Shown piece by piece: positions 38,889 through 48,221 of a DNA stretch of 64,000 bases. Source of the DNA: a virus. Below the pieces are notes generated by a model, which did not search any database, was not told the origin of the DNA, and saw only the letters and a program-made list of their open reading frames with translations. The DNA lies in IMG/VR virus record IMGVR_UViG_3300044710_000080, positions 1 through 64,000 of that record; one strand, given 5' to 3'. The translations under genes were made by a program, and so were the position numbers. Each line of letters begins with the position of its first letter. Position 1 is the stretch's first letter.

Positions 38889-40484
38889 TCAGGCGTGCCG
38901 GATGCGCGCCGCGTTCGGGTGGCGCTTGGCGAAGTCGTTCACCGCAGCCGTATCGACGGCGATCGTCTGTTCCGCGCCGCGGCGGTTCGGCTTCGGCGCG
39001 ATGTCGAACATCGCCTCGTAGGCGGCTGCCGGGACCTTCGCGAGCACATCGTCCTTCACGCCGAGCATCCCCAGGGCGGTCTTGAAGACTTCGGGGGCGC
39101 TGTCGTGCGCAATCGCCAGCTTGCCGAAGAACGGCTCGACCTTGATCTCGGCGGCGCGGACCTCGCGCATCTGCTGCATGGTCGCCTTGCGGGTGTCTTC
39201 CGAGTTCTTGCGCAGCGCGGCATCCATCGCGGTTTTCGTGACCATGTTCTTGTCCTGCGCTCCGCCGGTGTTCGGTTTGCTTTTGAACGGTGGGGGCTCG
39301 TCCTTACCGGCCGTGCGCTCTTTCTCGAGCCGCGCGGCCTTCTCTTCTTCGGTCTCCTCGGACTCTTCCTCGTCCTTGCCGGCGGCCGGATGCATCAGCT
39401 TCACGGCCTCCTCGATCGAGGCGTCGTCCATGCCCTTGCCCTTGAGGAACTCGCGCATCGGCCCTTCGTCGACCGTCGGCTGCTCCTCTTCGGGCTCTTC
39501 GTCCTTCTCGACGAACTCCTTGCCGACCTTCTCGGGAATACCGAGCGTCGAGCTGCCATGCGCTGCGGCTTCCATCGCCTTGTGCTGCGGCTCGGAGACC
39601 GACTCGTCCCCCTGCTCGCCGCCCATGTCCTCGAGCGCGTCGAGCATGTCGACGACGTGGCCGATCTTGGCGTCCTTCGCGAGCGGGACCTTCTTGGGAT
39701 CCTTGAGGAAGGCCAGAATCTTCGGCTTCTCGTCTTTGAAGTTCTTGCGCGTCAGGTCCTTGAACAGCGGCAGGATGTCGATCTTCGCATCCTTGGCGAG
39801 GACCGGACCGAGCGCATGCGCGGTGAGTTGCAGAGCGCGGGCGGCAAAGCGGGTTGCGGGCATCTTCAGGTTCTCCTTCGAGTCGCCGACCACGACGTCC
39901 GGGCCGGCCCTGCCTTCCTCAACTACTGCAGCGTGATTCACGACGATATCGCGCATCACTCCGTCATACGGCTCGCCCTCGTAATCGCCCGGCGTCATAT
40001 CCGCGCGATAGTGGTAGCCCATCGAGATTTCTTTCTGCTCGCCGGAATCGATCGCCTCGATGGCGACCCCACTCCAGACGACCAGGCTGTTGTCGAGATA
40101 CGGCGCGTTGAAGATGCCGTCGGTGCCCGTCGAGCCGATGACGAACTTCTTGACCTTGGCGTCGTAGTCTGGCGCCGTGACGGGGACGTGCTCGCTGAGC
40201 ACAGGCTGATTGTTCGATGTCGCCGCTGCTTTGGCGAGTTCCTGCGGATCGCGCAGCAGCTGATAGACCTTCTTCGGATCGAGCCCGAGCTTCTCCCAAT
40301 CCGGAATCTCCTCCCCGACGTAGGGACAGATATTCGCCTTGCTGATGTGGGTGATTGCGACGTGGAGCCGACCGTCCTTGTCGATAGTGCGGGCCGAACC
40401 CCGGTCCAGCGCGATGACGTTGGCGGCCACTCGTGACCGGCCGGCCGCCTCGTCCATCGCTAGATTGTTCCACGGGATTGGCAA
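38889..40484 (-). CDS. DUF2213 prohead protease/scaffold
   Basis: DGRLHV..ISKANICPY.G.EI, EISMGY, NHAAVVEEGRAG; acidic scaffold tail. Confidence 0.9.
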   Translation of the reverse strand: MPIPWNNLAMDEAAGRSRVAANVIALDRGSARTIDKDGRLHVAITHISKANICPYVGEEIPDWEKLGLDPKKVYQLLRDPQELAKAAATSNNQPVLSEHVPVTAPDYDAKVKKFVIGSTGTDGIFNAPYLDNSLVVWSGVAIEAIDSGEQKEISMGYHYRADMTPGDYEGEPYDGVMRDIVVNHAAVVEEGRAGPDVVVGDSKENLKMPATRFAARALQLTAHALGPVLAKDAKIDILPLFKDLTRKNFKDEKPKILAFLKDPKKVPLAKDAKIGHVVDMLDALEDMGGEQGDESVSEPQHKAMEAAAHGSSTLGIPEKVGKEFVEKDEEPEEEQPTVDEGPMREFLKGKGMDDASIEEAVKLMHPAAGKDEEESEETEEEKAARLEKERTAGKDEPPPFKSKPNTGGAQDKNMVTKTAMDAALRKNSEDTRKATMQQMREVRAAEIKVEPFFGKLAIAHDSAPEVFKTALGMLGVKDDVLAKVPAAAYEAMFDIAPKPNRRGAEQTIAVDTAAVNDFAKRHPNAARIRHA

Positions 40485-40535
40485 CTCGCCACTTCCTAGG
40501 TCGGAAGTGCGGAACCTACATGCATCTAGTGGGCT

Positions 40536-40564
40536 TTGACTACGGGACTAACTAGTGCTAGATG
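40536..40564 (+). promoter_or_regulatory. Sigma70-like promoter of plus-strand two-gene insert
   Basis: TTGACT-17-TAGATG followed by AAGGAG RBS. Confidence 0.5.
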
Positions 40565-40592
40565 GTGCGGCACTCCAAGGAGACCCCCGATA

Positions 40593-40940
40593 ATGGATGA
40601 TGTTGCATATCGAGCAAAGTTGATCGCGTCAGGCGTCATCCCGGATCGGCTTGAAGAACTCTCTGGTCACCAATTGGATTGCGTCGGCAACATTGTCGAT
40701 GTTTATCGGACGACGATGCGCAAGCAAAATCCGGCGCGGTTCGAGATTCTTCAAGCCGCAGCCTTCATCGACTCCGTCGCGAATCGTGAGCCTTGGTATT
40801 ACCGCAGTGCTCTCAGGCAAGGACCGGCGGTGAAAGATTGGGATCGGTGGGAGTGGGGCACCGCCCGCGGCAATCGGAATCTATCTCTAATGATTGGATG
40901 TCTCGGTGTAGTGCTGATCTTGATTGGCATCTGCTCATGA
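40593..40940 (+). CDS. Hypothetical protein with C-terminal TM helix
   Basis: AAGGAG RBS; hydrophobic C-terminus. Confidence 0.55.
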   Translation: MDDVAYRAKLIASGVIPDRLEELSGHQLDCVGNIVDVYRTTMRKQNPARFEILQAAAFIDSVANREPWYYRSALRQGPAVKDWDRWEWGTARGNRNLSLMIGCLGVVLILIGICS

Positions 40941-41092
40941 AAACCCGCACCACCATCTACCTCCCGCCCTCCCTCAAGAAACTCATCGAGGACAGCGCGG
41001 ACGAAAAGGGCCAGACGCTCTCCATGTGGATCGAGCGAGCATGCCGCGCCGCACTCACGCCGGCGGAAGAGAAACAAGCGCAGCCCGTTTGA
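40937..41092 (+). CDS. Ribbon-helix-helix DNA-binding protein
   Basis: RTTIYLPPSLKKLIEDSADEKGQTLSMWIERAC. Confidence 0.75.
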   Translation: MKTRTTIYLPPSLKKLIEDSADEKGQTLSMWIERACRAALTPAEEKQAQPV

Positions 41093-41236
41093 GCCGCGCC
41101 CGGTCGGCCTCGGCGCGCCAGCATTTGCCGCAGAGATCGTGATCCGGCTTCGGGGAGCGAACCCGATACCGCCCGCGCTTGGAGCGCACAGCGCGCACCG
41201 GCCGTCCACATTGCGAGCATGCGCAGCAGCGGCGCT

Positions 41237-42244
41237 TTAGGCCCGCAGTCCTGGGATGATCGAGCGGCTCACGCATCGGCAGTTTATCGCCTGTCCGGGG
41301 TAGAGGAATCTCTTCTCTGCTGGGTCGTACCAGCCGGTCGCAATGTCATAGGGCTTCCCGCTATTGGCAACATGCGTCGGCCGCGGCTCCTTCCCTCCCC
41401 CGGAATGTTGCCAGATGGCTTGAGTGATTCCTAACTCCTTTTGCCGTGCAGCCGTCATTGTCGCGGTCGCGAGATTATTTTGTGAACGAGCAATGAGTGC
41501 TGCCCGCCGCTTCGTCACCCCGAATTGATCCTGCAACTCTTTCGATAGCGCACCGAGGTCGCGGCCGGCCTGAACTGAGCGTAACACCGCGCCCTGAACC
41601 TGCGTGAGGTATTGGGCCGGAATCGAACGGATGAGTTCAACCTGCTGCTGGATCGTGGCGTCGAGGACATCGCGCATCGCTGGCGTTAATTGAAATTTGA
41701 CCGAGAATCCGGCATCCTGCAGGATCGCCCGCAGGTTCGCGTCCGACCGATCCTTCATGGCGGTTGCGAAGTATTCCGCCAGCCGAGGGGCGGCGGCGTT
41801 AAAGTTCGCCTGCCAGCGCGCGGCGACCCGCTCCATCGCAACCTTGAGCCCAGTCGCTGGGGTGACGAGATAGGCCATTGCCGCGTGGCCAGCCTCGGTG
41901 AGTTCGTAATTTAGCGCGCCCGAGGCCTGGCGCCGCAGGATGACGAACCCTTCCCGCTCCAAGTTGTCCAGGATGGCCTTTGCCGGGCTTGCGGGGTGCC
42001 TGGGTGCGGTTTGGCGCCCCTCTGCTACCCGCATGAGGTATTCGATTTCGGCCTCTGTAGGTTCGTAGGGGAGGTCGTCACGGGCGAGGACGGGAGGGTC
42101 GCGCCGCCACGCCGCGGTCGCCCAGTAGCAGAACGATTCATGCATCCGCGCGATGAGGCCCGTGAGTTTCCCCCGCATCAACGCCTCGAGCCCCGCGTTA
42201 GCGTGGACGGGGCGGAGCGATTTCTGTTTCGGGAGACGAGCCAT
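41237..42244 (-). CDS. Minor head protein (MuF-like) with winged-helix-like insertion
   Basis: RA.LIAR.Q, W.HS.GG..PR.TH, PGQAINCRC. Confidence 0.85.
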   Translation of the reverse strand: MARLPKQKSLRPVHANAGLEALMRGKLTGLIARMHESFCYWATAAWRRDPPVLARDDLPYEPTEAEIEYLMRVAEGRQTAPRHPASPAKAILDNLEREGFVILRRQASGALNYELTEAGHAAMAYLVTPATGLKVAMERVAARWQANFNAAAPRLAEYFATAMKDRSDANLRAILQDAGFSVKFQLTPAMRDVLDATIQQQVELIRSIPAQYLTQVQGAVLRSVQAGRDLGALSKELQDQFGVTKRRAALIARSQNNLATATMTAARQKELGITQAIWQHSGGGKEPRPTHVANSGKPYDIATGWYDPAEKRFLYPGQAINCRCVSRSIIPGLRA

Positions 42245-42260
42245 TAGGCAACCGACTGGT

Positions 42261-42869
42261 TTACAACTGCACCACAATTGAAATCAGCAAATCTCGGAAC
42301 TCGACCGGAGTCCGCAAGCGCTGATTCTTGGAGAGACGTTGGCAGGCGCCCGTCTTGATCGCCCGCGCTCGTTCCTCCTTAGAGTGGAATCCATCCTCTA
42401 ATCTTACAAAATCTCCCGGCGCCGGCCCCCAATGCAATTCGGGAGGATCGATGCCGCAAGCATAGAGCCATGTCGCCTTGCGAGCTCGATGCCCATACCA
42501 TCCCTGCTCGACGCAGCATGTCCAACCTGGCGCGAGCAAGCCGGCCGGCACCCATCCGCCTCCACGGGGCGGCGCATTGATTCCAAAATGCCGCCAAGCG
42601 TGGCTACCTTCCGGGTGTTCCAGAATGCCGCCCCATGCCCTCACGGCCGCGAATGCTGCAGCAAAACAGCCGTCATCGTCCCCCAGCTTGAGACGCGGGA
42701 ATGTCAATGGCGAGCCTCCCCAATAGCGGCCCCATCGTTCGCATGGCGGGTGCGCAACCACGGGATGATGCCCGGCATAGGTCCGCGCGTCTCGGTCTTT
42801 CCCCCACGGGTCAACGTTTGCCAGACCGAAGTAGGGACCATCCTTTTCGACAAAGAGCGCGGCGATCAT
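42261..42869 (-). CDS. Divergent C5-cytosine methyltransferase-like protein
   Basis: VAHPPC, LEHP, GH.ARKATWLY. Confidence 0.55.
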   Translation of the reverse strand: MIAALFVEKDGPYFGLANVDPWGKDRDARTYAGHHPVVAHPPCERWGRYWGGSPLTFPRLKLGDDDGCFAAAFAAVRAWGGILEHPEGSHAWRHFGINAPPRGGGWVPAGLLAPGWTCCVEQGWYGHRARKATWLYACGIDPPELHWGPAPGDFVRLEDGFHSKEERARAIKTGACQRLSKNQRLRTPVEFRDLLISIVVQL

Positions 42870-45229
42870 CGTTGTAAACCGACTGTTAACGACGCCTGTA
42901 GACGGACACGGTGCCATTTGGGTGTGGCACATATTTGCTTTCGATCTTGCCGTCTGACACAAGGTTCTCCAATGCGTGCCGAACGGACGTAGATCCCCAG
43001 CAATTCATTCTGCTCCATATGCACCGCGCAGTTTCCCACTGACGGTTCACAGCAGAGAAGGTATCGTCTCGCACGGTCATTGTATATGGAGGGTTAGCGA
43101 TTCACAATTCTCACGGGGCGATGGGATCGAGCCGCGTCCGCTAGAATGCGCTGCCATTTCTTTGGCCGATGAGGCCCCGCCGCGCCGACATTCGGCTGTG
43201 GGTCATTGCGCGTGCCCTTCATAGTCGCGTGAGCGCGCTGTTTTCCGGGGCGATTGCCCTCGATGAATTTCGGAATTCTAGATGGGAACCCCATATCACA
43301 TTCTCCCGTTCGTTGCTAACTTGGAGTTACCGACATTCGTCATTCCACATCGCCTCGTCCGAGGCGGCGATCAATTGGTTGAATGTCAGTCCTCTCGACC
43401 TCCCCGTTTTATCGGCACGCCCATTTGCGAAGCCATGTCGATAGCTTTCGGAGCGATTCGCGGACGGCTCTGGTGTGTCAAGATCAAAACCGTCCATGTA
43501 CCCTTGGACCATTTCGTCATTGGCTGGCCGTCCGAATGGCATGATGACCTCGTTGCTAATCTTGGATTACCGATTCCTGTTTTCCCAAAACCTATCAAGC
43601 CATAGGGGGCCGTCTGGTTCATAGCGGAGCGGTTGATCCTGCATCCTCTTCCAAGTTTCGTTAGCCCACCTGACGATCTTTCCTTGTCTGCGGACCCATG
43701 ACTCGCTGCGCACTATTCGTTGTGCCAATTCTGCGAGACTAAGACGCTTGACGATTTCAGTATTTTCGTCAGACATAAAAGTCACCCCGTTGCTAATTGC
43801 CCATTTCCACTCAGAATCCTTCCTTGCGGAAGTGGCAAACTGCGCAGCGCCCCTCAGTCGTTTCAGTCACTCCACCACAGTTCTGGCATCCAGTAAACTT
43901 CCGCTTTGGCAGACGTTCCTTAGCAATCCTCCTAGCGAGTTTTTCCAGAATTTCTTTCATGTTCATGCCGGTAATCGCTTACTTGCGCGGCCTAAGCCAG
44001 TTGGGGATTTCACTCATCTGATTGCTCCGCTGTATCCTGCTCATTTGCCGCGGCCGCCCGGCGCTAGAAACGAAGGCATTGGCATTGCCGCCATCATCGC
44101 CGTGATGTGCTTCGCCAACGGTTCCTGCGCATCAATGTAGACGCGACGGATCAACGACGATAGTTCCGCATGGAAAGTTGCCTTGTCGTAATCGTCAGGA
44201 GGAGCCCAACGCTTGAAGAATGCCTCCGTCATGGCCTCGAAGATCATTTGATCCTTGGCCTCTTTTACCTTACCCATCATCGCGAGTTGAGTTGCCGTGT
44301 TCACTTTTAGCCTCCCGTGGTTATGTTGTCATTTACGATGTGCGCGGTTCTGCTGTCAGAAGAACGGCCATCAAACGGTAGGTTCCAATGAGGTCCAGAT
44401 ATTTCATGCCGGCGGCCATGGCCTCATATGGAGCATCCCGCTCAAGCTGCTCGGCTACGCCGCCAACGCAGGACCATGCATCTTCTGGATCGGTGAGCCC
44501 CATCTGTCGGCAATGATCCAATGCGGCGGTGCGCCTATAAAGGGGAATCGGCTTCCCCATCGCGTCGAAGCCGTCGCCCGAACCAACCTTGGTCAGTCGC
44601 CTTGGCTTTTTCTGTCCAAGAAATTCGGCCATGTTCACTTCCCCTGCGTGGCTAAGCTGTCGTTACCGACTAAGGCCTCTTTGATTTCTCGCCAATGTGG
44701 CCACGTACGACCTATGCAACTCTTTCCTTGGCAGTGGTCGCAGTCGCATCCCTTCCGATATTCCCATCTGTAGCCCGGTCGTTTCTTCGGCGGCCTATGT
44801 GGGTTAACCATTGTTTACACCGAGCACTCAGCGGAACCGGGCCAATGTCTTATGGCTCAAGGCGGTCGGGATTTGGAACAGGCACGGCCACCCCGACACT
44901 TTGCCCCGTGCGTCTACCTCCGGTTCCGCTCAGTGCTCCGTTGTAAAAGGGCCATGTACGACGCTCGCGCTTCGATCATGCGCCCCGCGCGTGAGGCGGG
45001 CCACGTTGTTCGGGCCACGCAAGCGGCTGTGCCCGTTTCCTCGCCATAGGTCCGCAACCAGAATGCCCGGTGAGCCTCCAAAGCCATGGCCTCGATCAGT
45101 TCCTCGCTTGGCGCCCCTGCCGCCTCGGCGGCGTACTCAAGTGCCTTTTCGTAGTTCCATCTGCCGTTCGACATTCCTAAACGGGCATCATGAAACATGG
45201 CATGCCTATCCGGTTTTCACCCATAGCCG

Positions 45230-45580
45230 CTACATCTTGGTCCCGTAGCCGATTTCGGCGGACTTCGCGTTGAACACTTCGACGGCAGCATCGGCGACGC
45301 TAAACCCATGCGCTTGGCAAAGAAGATCAAGGTACACGAACACGTCGCCAAGTTCCTTGCGAAGCTTCGCTTGAAGCTGTTCGGGGCTTTCTTTGTTGCC
45401 TGGGATGCCATCGCGGATGCGATTGAGCTTTTTCGCGACGTTTGCGGCCTCGCCCAACTCGCCCATGACGGCGACGAACCAGTCCGACGTGCTCCAATCG
45501 GCAAGCTTGTGGTTGAAGCCGAGCGGGCTTTCGCAGCGGTCCCGATTGGCTTGGCTGAACTGTCCGAACGTCATGGGCAT
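45230..45580 (-). CDS. MazG-like nucleotide pyrophosphohydrolase
   Basis: GELGEAANVAKK...ELGDV..YL.LL. Confidence 0.8.
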   Translation of the reverse strand: MPMTFGQFSQANRDRCESPLGFNHKLADWSTSDWFVAVMGELGEAANVAKKLNRIRDGIPGNKESPEQLQAKLRKELGDVFVYLDLLCQAHGFSVADAAVEVFNAKSAEIGYGTKM

Positions 45581-46134
45581 CGTCTACTCCTAGTCGCTGT
45601 GGGCGTTAACCGGATAGGCATGAAACATGGAATACAGAGGGTGGCCCTGCGGCGGCCATCTTTTCTCGTCGTGAAAATCAAAATGCGGCAGCCATGCCCC
45701 TGCCGGCTCGGAAGCTGACAGGGGCGGGGTTTTATCGAGTGTCCCGAAGGAATGTTGCATCACCTCACTTTCTGCCGGCGCCGCGGGAGGCCGCAGGGCG
45801 CGGATGGCGGCGGCGATACGGCTTGACGCGCCGACTTGGCCCGCGAGAATGTGCGTGCCAACTTCGTCGTCTTGTGCAGACGCCTCACAGGCCGCGCGTT
45901 CTTCGTCGGCCACCTGTGCCACCGCCTCGATCCCCGCCGCGAAGCCCTGCTGCCACTGGATAGTGCGGCCAATTTCGGCAGCGACAGCTTCACCCGCTGG
46001 TGTCAAGGGCAGCGTTGTTGCCCCGGCGGCCTGCGCTGCGGCGAGCGCGGCGCGCAGAGCCTTGTCAACGCTCGGATTGGCGTACCAGGACTCGTTGTAA
46101 GCCTTGCGTGCCAATTCAAATTGCGCGTCCGTGA

Positions 46135-46782
46135 TCATGACTGCACCTTGGGCAGAGTAGACGTGAGCAGCACTAATTCCGACACGCCTTCCTGATAATG
46201 GAAAATCTTAGAGACCGCCCGCCAACGATGGCCATCCCATTGTTGCAATACGTTTTCGACCCAACGGGTTTCGCCAACATAGGGCTTCATGGCTGCACCT
46301 TGGGGAACAGGGCGAGCCACAAACGCCGCATCCACGGATAGCACCGACACCGCTTCTGACCGTAATATCGACAGGCGAGGTTACGACAAATGTGTGGTTC
46401 GCTCATGGCTGCACCTTGGGGAACTTGGCGATGACGGCGCGAGCCTGTTCAAAGCGCCGGCAGTTTTTGTCGGTGCATGGCGGCCGTTCTGGATGATCGT
46501 CCATGACGCATGTCGGGACGCCGGGGCCGTGGTCTGATTGGCAAATGGCCCGCGCCACCTCTTCCTCCGTCGGCCGGGCGCGGAGGCGGGCGATCTCGGC
46601 GGCCAACGTATTGACTGCCTTCACGGTGTCGTCAGCGTCCACGGTCCCGTCGTCGATTTCCTTGCCGTCCACGTCGCCGACGAATTGCTCAAGCGCGTCG
46701 AGGCTGGCCTTGACGTTTACGGGGAGCGTGCTCCAATCCGAGAAGGTTGTCATGGGTGCACCTTGGGGAACAAGGCGATGAC
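46135..46782. repeat. Four copies of TCATG(G/A)(C/G)TGCACCTTGGG at consecutive gene junctions
   Basis: Copies start at 46135, 46287, 46403, 46750. Confidence 0.85.
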
Positions 46783-46929
46783 GCGTTGCGCCACTCCTGA
46801 CTTGTATGAAGCTACCCGACATGCGCCTTTGATTACACTCTGTGGATGTTGGCAACCCAGCGGGCAGCAGATCGCCCTCGCCACCTCTTCCTCCGTCGGG
46901 CGGGCGCGGAGACGGGCGATCTCGGCGGC
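46553..46929. repeat. 51-bp direct repeat (46553-46603, 46879-46929)
   Basis: 2 mismatches; encodes AAEIARLRARPTEEEVA in both ORFs. Confidence 0.85.
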
Positions 46930-47100
46930 TGACTCGGTACGATCAGCTTCGATGGCATCTGCGATAGCTTCCGCAACGACGACCTGCTGGCTGACCAGCA
47001 TACCCTTGTGTCGGACATTCGATGTCCAGGCAAATTTATTTACAATCTCGGTGGCGATCAATTCGGGAGATTTCATCGTATCCTCGATGGTCATCAGGTA

Positions 47101-47877
47101 TTACCGACTCGCGAAAAGGCCGAGTGCGCCATTTTGCGCCGCGTACCAGTTCCGCATGTACCGCGACCGATACGCGATGGTGCATGACGGCTCGCCATTG
47201 GCTTGACGCTCTCGCCGAGCTGCAAAGTCCCACGCTTGACTGTCGATAGAGAAGATGCGTGGGTGGCCGGCGAGGGCCGAGATTGCTGATCCCTTCACGC
47301 CGAATAGGTGTAGACGAACGTGCGGCGGGAGTTCCTTTTCAAGCTGGGTGATCACGCGAAGGATTCCGGCCGGGCCGGTTAGCGCACGGCGGCAGACCGA
47401 GCCGACGCCAACGAGCGCCGGGAGGTCGGGGATCATATCGGCACAGCGCAGATAGTCGTCGGGAAACCAGCCCTGAAGCACAGGCATGGGCGGCGGAACG
47501 CCAAGATCATCCGCGACCTGCCGCGCCCAATCAAGTTTGAACGCTGTCCGCGTGACACGCTCTAAGACCTCCGCGCGGTTGCCGGCGATCTCAGGTTCGC
47601 AACAGTAATCCGGCGCAGCCCACCATGTCGGACGCATCCGGCCGGCAAGGCGCACATAGTCGCCCAAGGTCCAGCGGTAGCCCCAGTAGCGGAACATCGC
47701 GACAAACCCGGCGCTATCGAGCGCCACATCAGCGTCACCAAAAACCGCCCCGTTTGGCAGGCCAAACCGGCCGCCGCGCCAAAAAGCATTCGCACTCACC
47801 AGGATCGGCGCACCCAATTCCTTCGCGACCGCAGAGAAGCGGCGGAAGGAGGATGGAATGCCGAGGCGAATCAACAC
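47101..47877 (-). CDS. dpdA: TGT-fold DpdA-like deazaguanine DNA transglycosylase
   Basis: LDSAGF, DYCCEP, PVLQG, GVGSVCRR, HLFGVK, S.DS.AW. Confidence 0.75.
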   Translation of the reverse strand: MLIRLGIPSSFRRFSAVAKELGAPILVSANAFWRGGRFGLPNGAVFGDADVALDSAGFVAMFRYWGYRWTLGDYVRLAGRMRPTWWAAPDYCCEPEIAGNRAEVLERVTRTAFKLDWARQVADDLGVPPPMPVLQGWFPDDYLRCADMIPDLPALVGVGSVCRRALTGPAGILRVITQLEKELPPHVRLHLFGVKGSAISALAGHPRIFSIDSQAWDFAARRERQANGEPSCTIAYRSRYMRNWYAAQNGALGLFASR

Positions 47878-47880
47878 AGG

Positions 47881-48105
47881 CTACCAGCCTATGTAGGTGC
47901 GGACGTTCGCCGCGTTCGGCGGCGAAACTATGTGCGCAGCCTCAAGATAACCCATGATCCGCATGGCATGGCTGTACGGGATTTGCATCTTCCGTTGAAG
48001 ATAGGAAGTTGAGGGTTTTTCCTTCACGAAGGCGGTTGCGGCTGCAATCTCAGCCTCGGTCAGGTCGGCGCCAGCATAGATTTCGTCGCGGCCTGGAAGT
48101 GACAT
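47881..48105 (-). CDS. Stand-alone FtsK gamma-like domain
   Basis: STSYLQRKMQIPYSHAMRIMGYLEAAHIVSP; GGAGG RBS. Confidence 0.75.
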   Translation of the reverse strand: MSLPGRDEIYAGADLTEAEIAAATAFVKEKPSTSYLQRKMQIPYSHAMRIMGYLEAAHIVSPPNAANVRTYIGW

Positions 48106-48192
48106 GCCTCGCCTCCACGTCGTTGATTTACGCGGGTGGTATCTCGACACATGGAAAAATTCGATGGCCATTCGTTGTACACTCACCGTTAA

Positions 48193-48221
48193 CGCTTAAG
48201 GGAAAATCGTCCCCGCGTCAA
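48193..48221 (-). promoter_or_regulatory. Sigma70-like promoter with operator in spacer
   Basis: TTGACG-17-TAAGCG; spacer contains GGGACGATTTTCCC. Confidence 0.65.

Larger units (their letters stand above)
42886..47094 (-). other. Run of small accessory ORFs inserted between portal and MuF
   Basis: Many 40-180 aa ORFs, several ATGA-coupled, variable GC; mostly unassignable. Confidence 0.6.

Noticed and set aside
36827-40436. Long plus-strand ORFs (752 and 528 aa) and similar ones elsewhere
   Set aside because: Antisense shadows of high-GC3 minus-strand genes; no recognisable motifs
46135-46929. Repeats as CRISPR array or DGR template/variable pair
   Set aside because: Spacing irregular (116-347 bp), repeats are coding, mismatches not adenine-specific, no cas or reverse transcriptase gene seen
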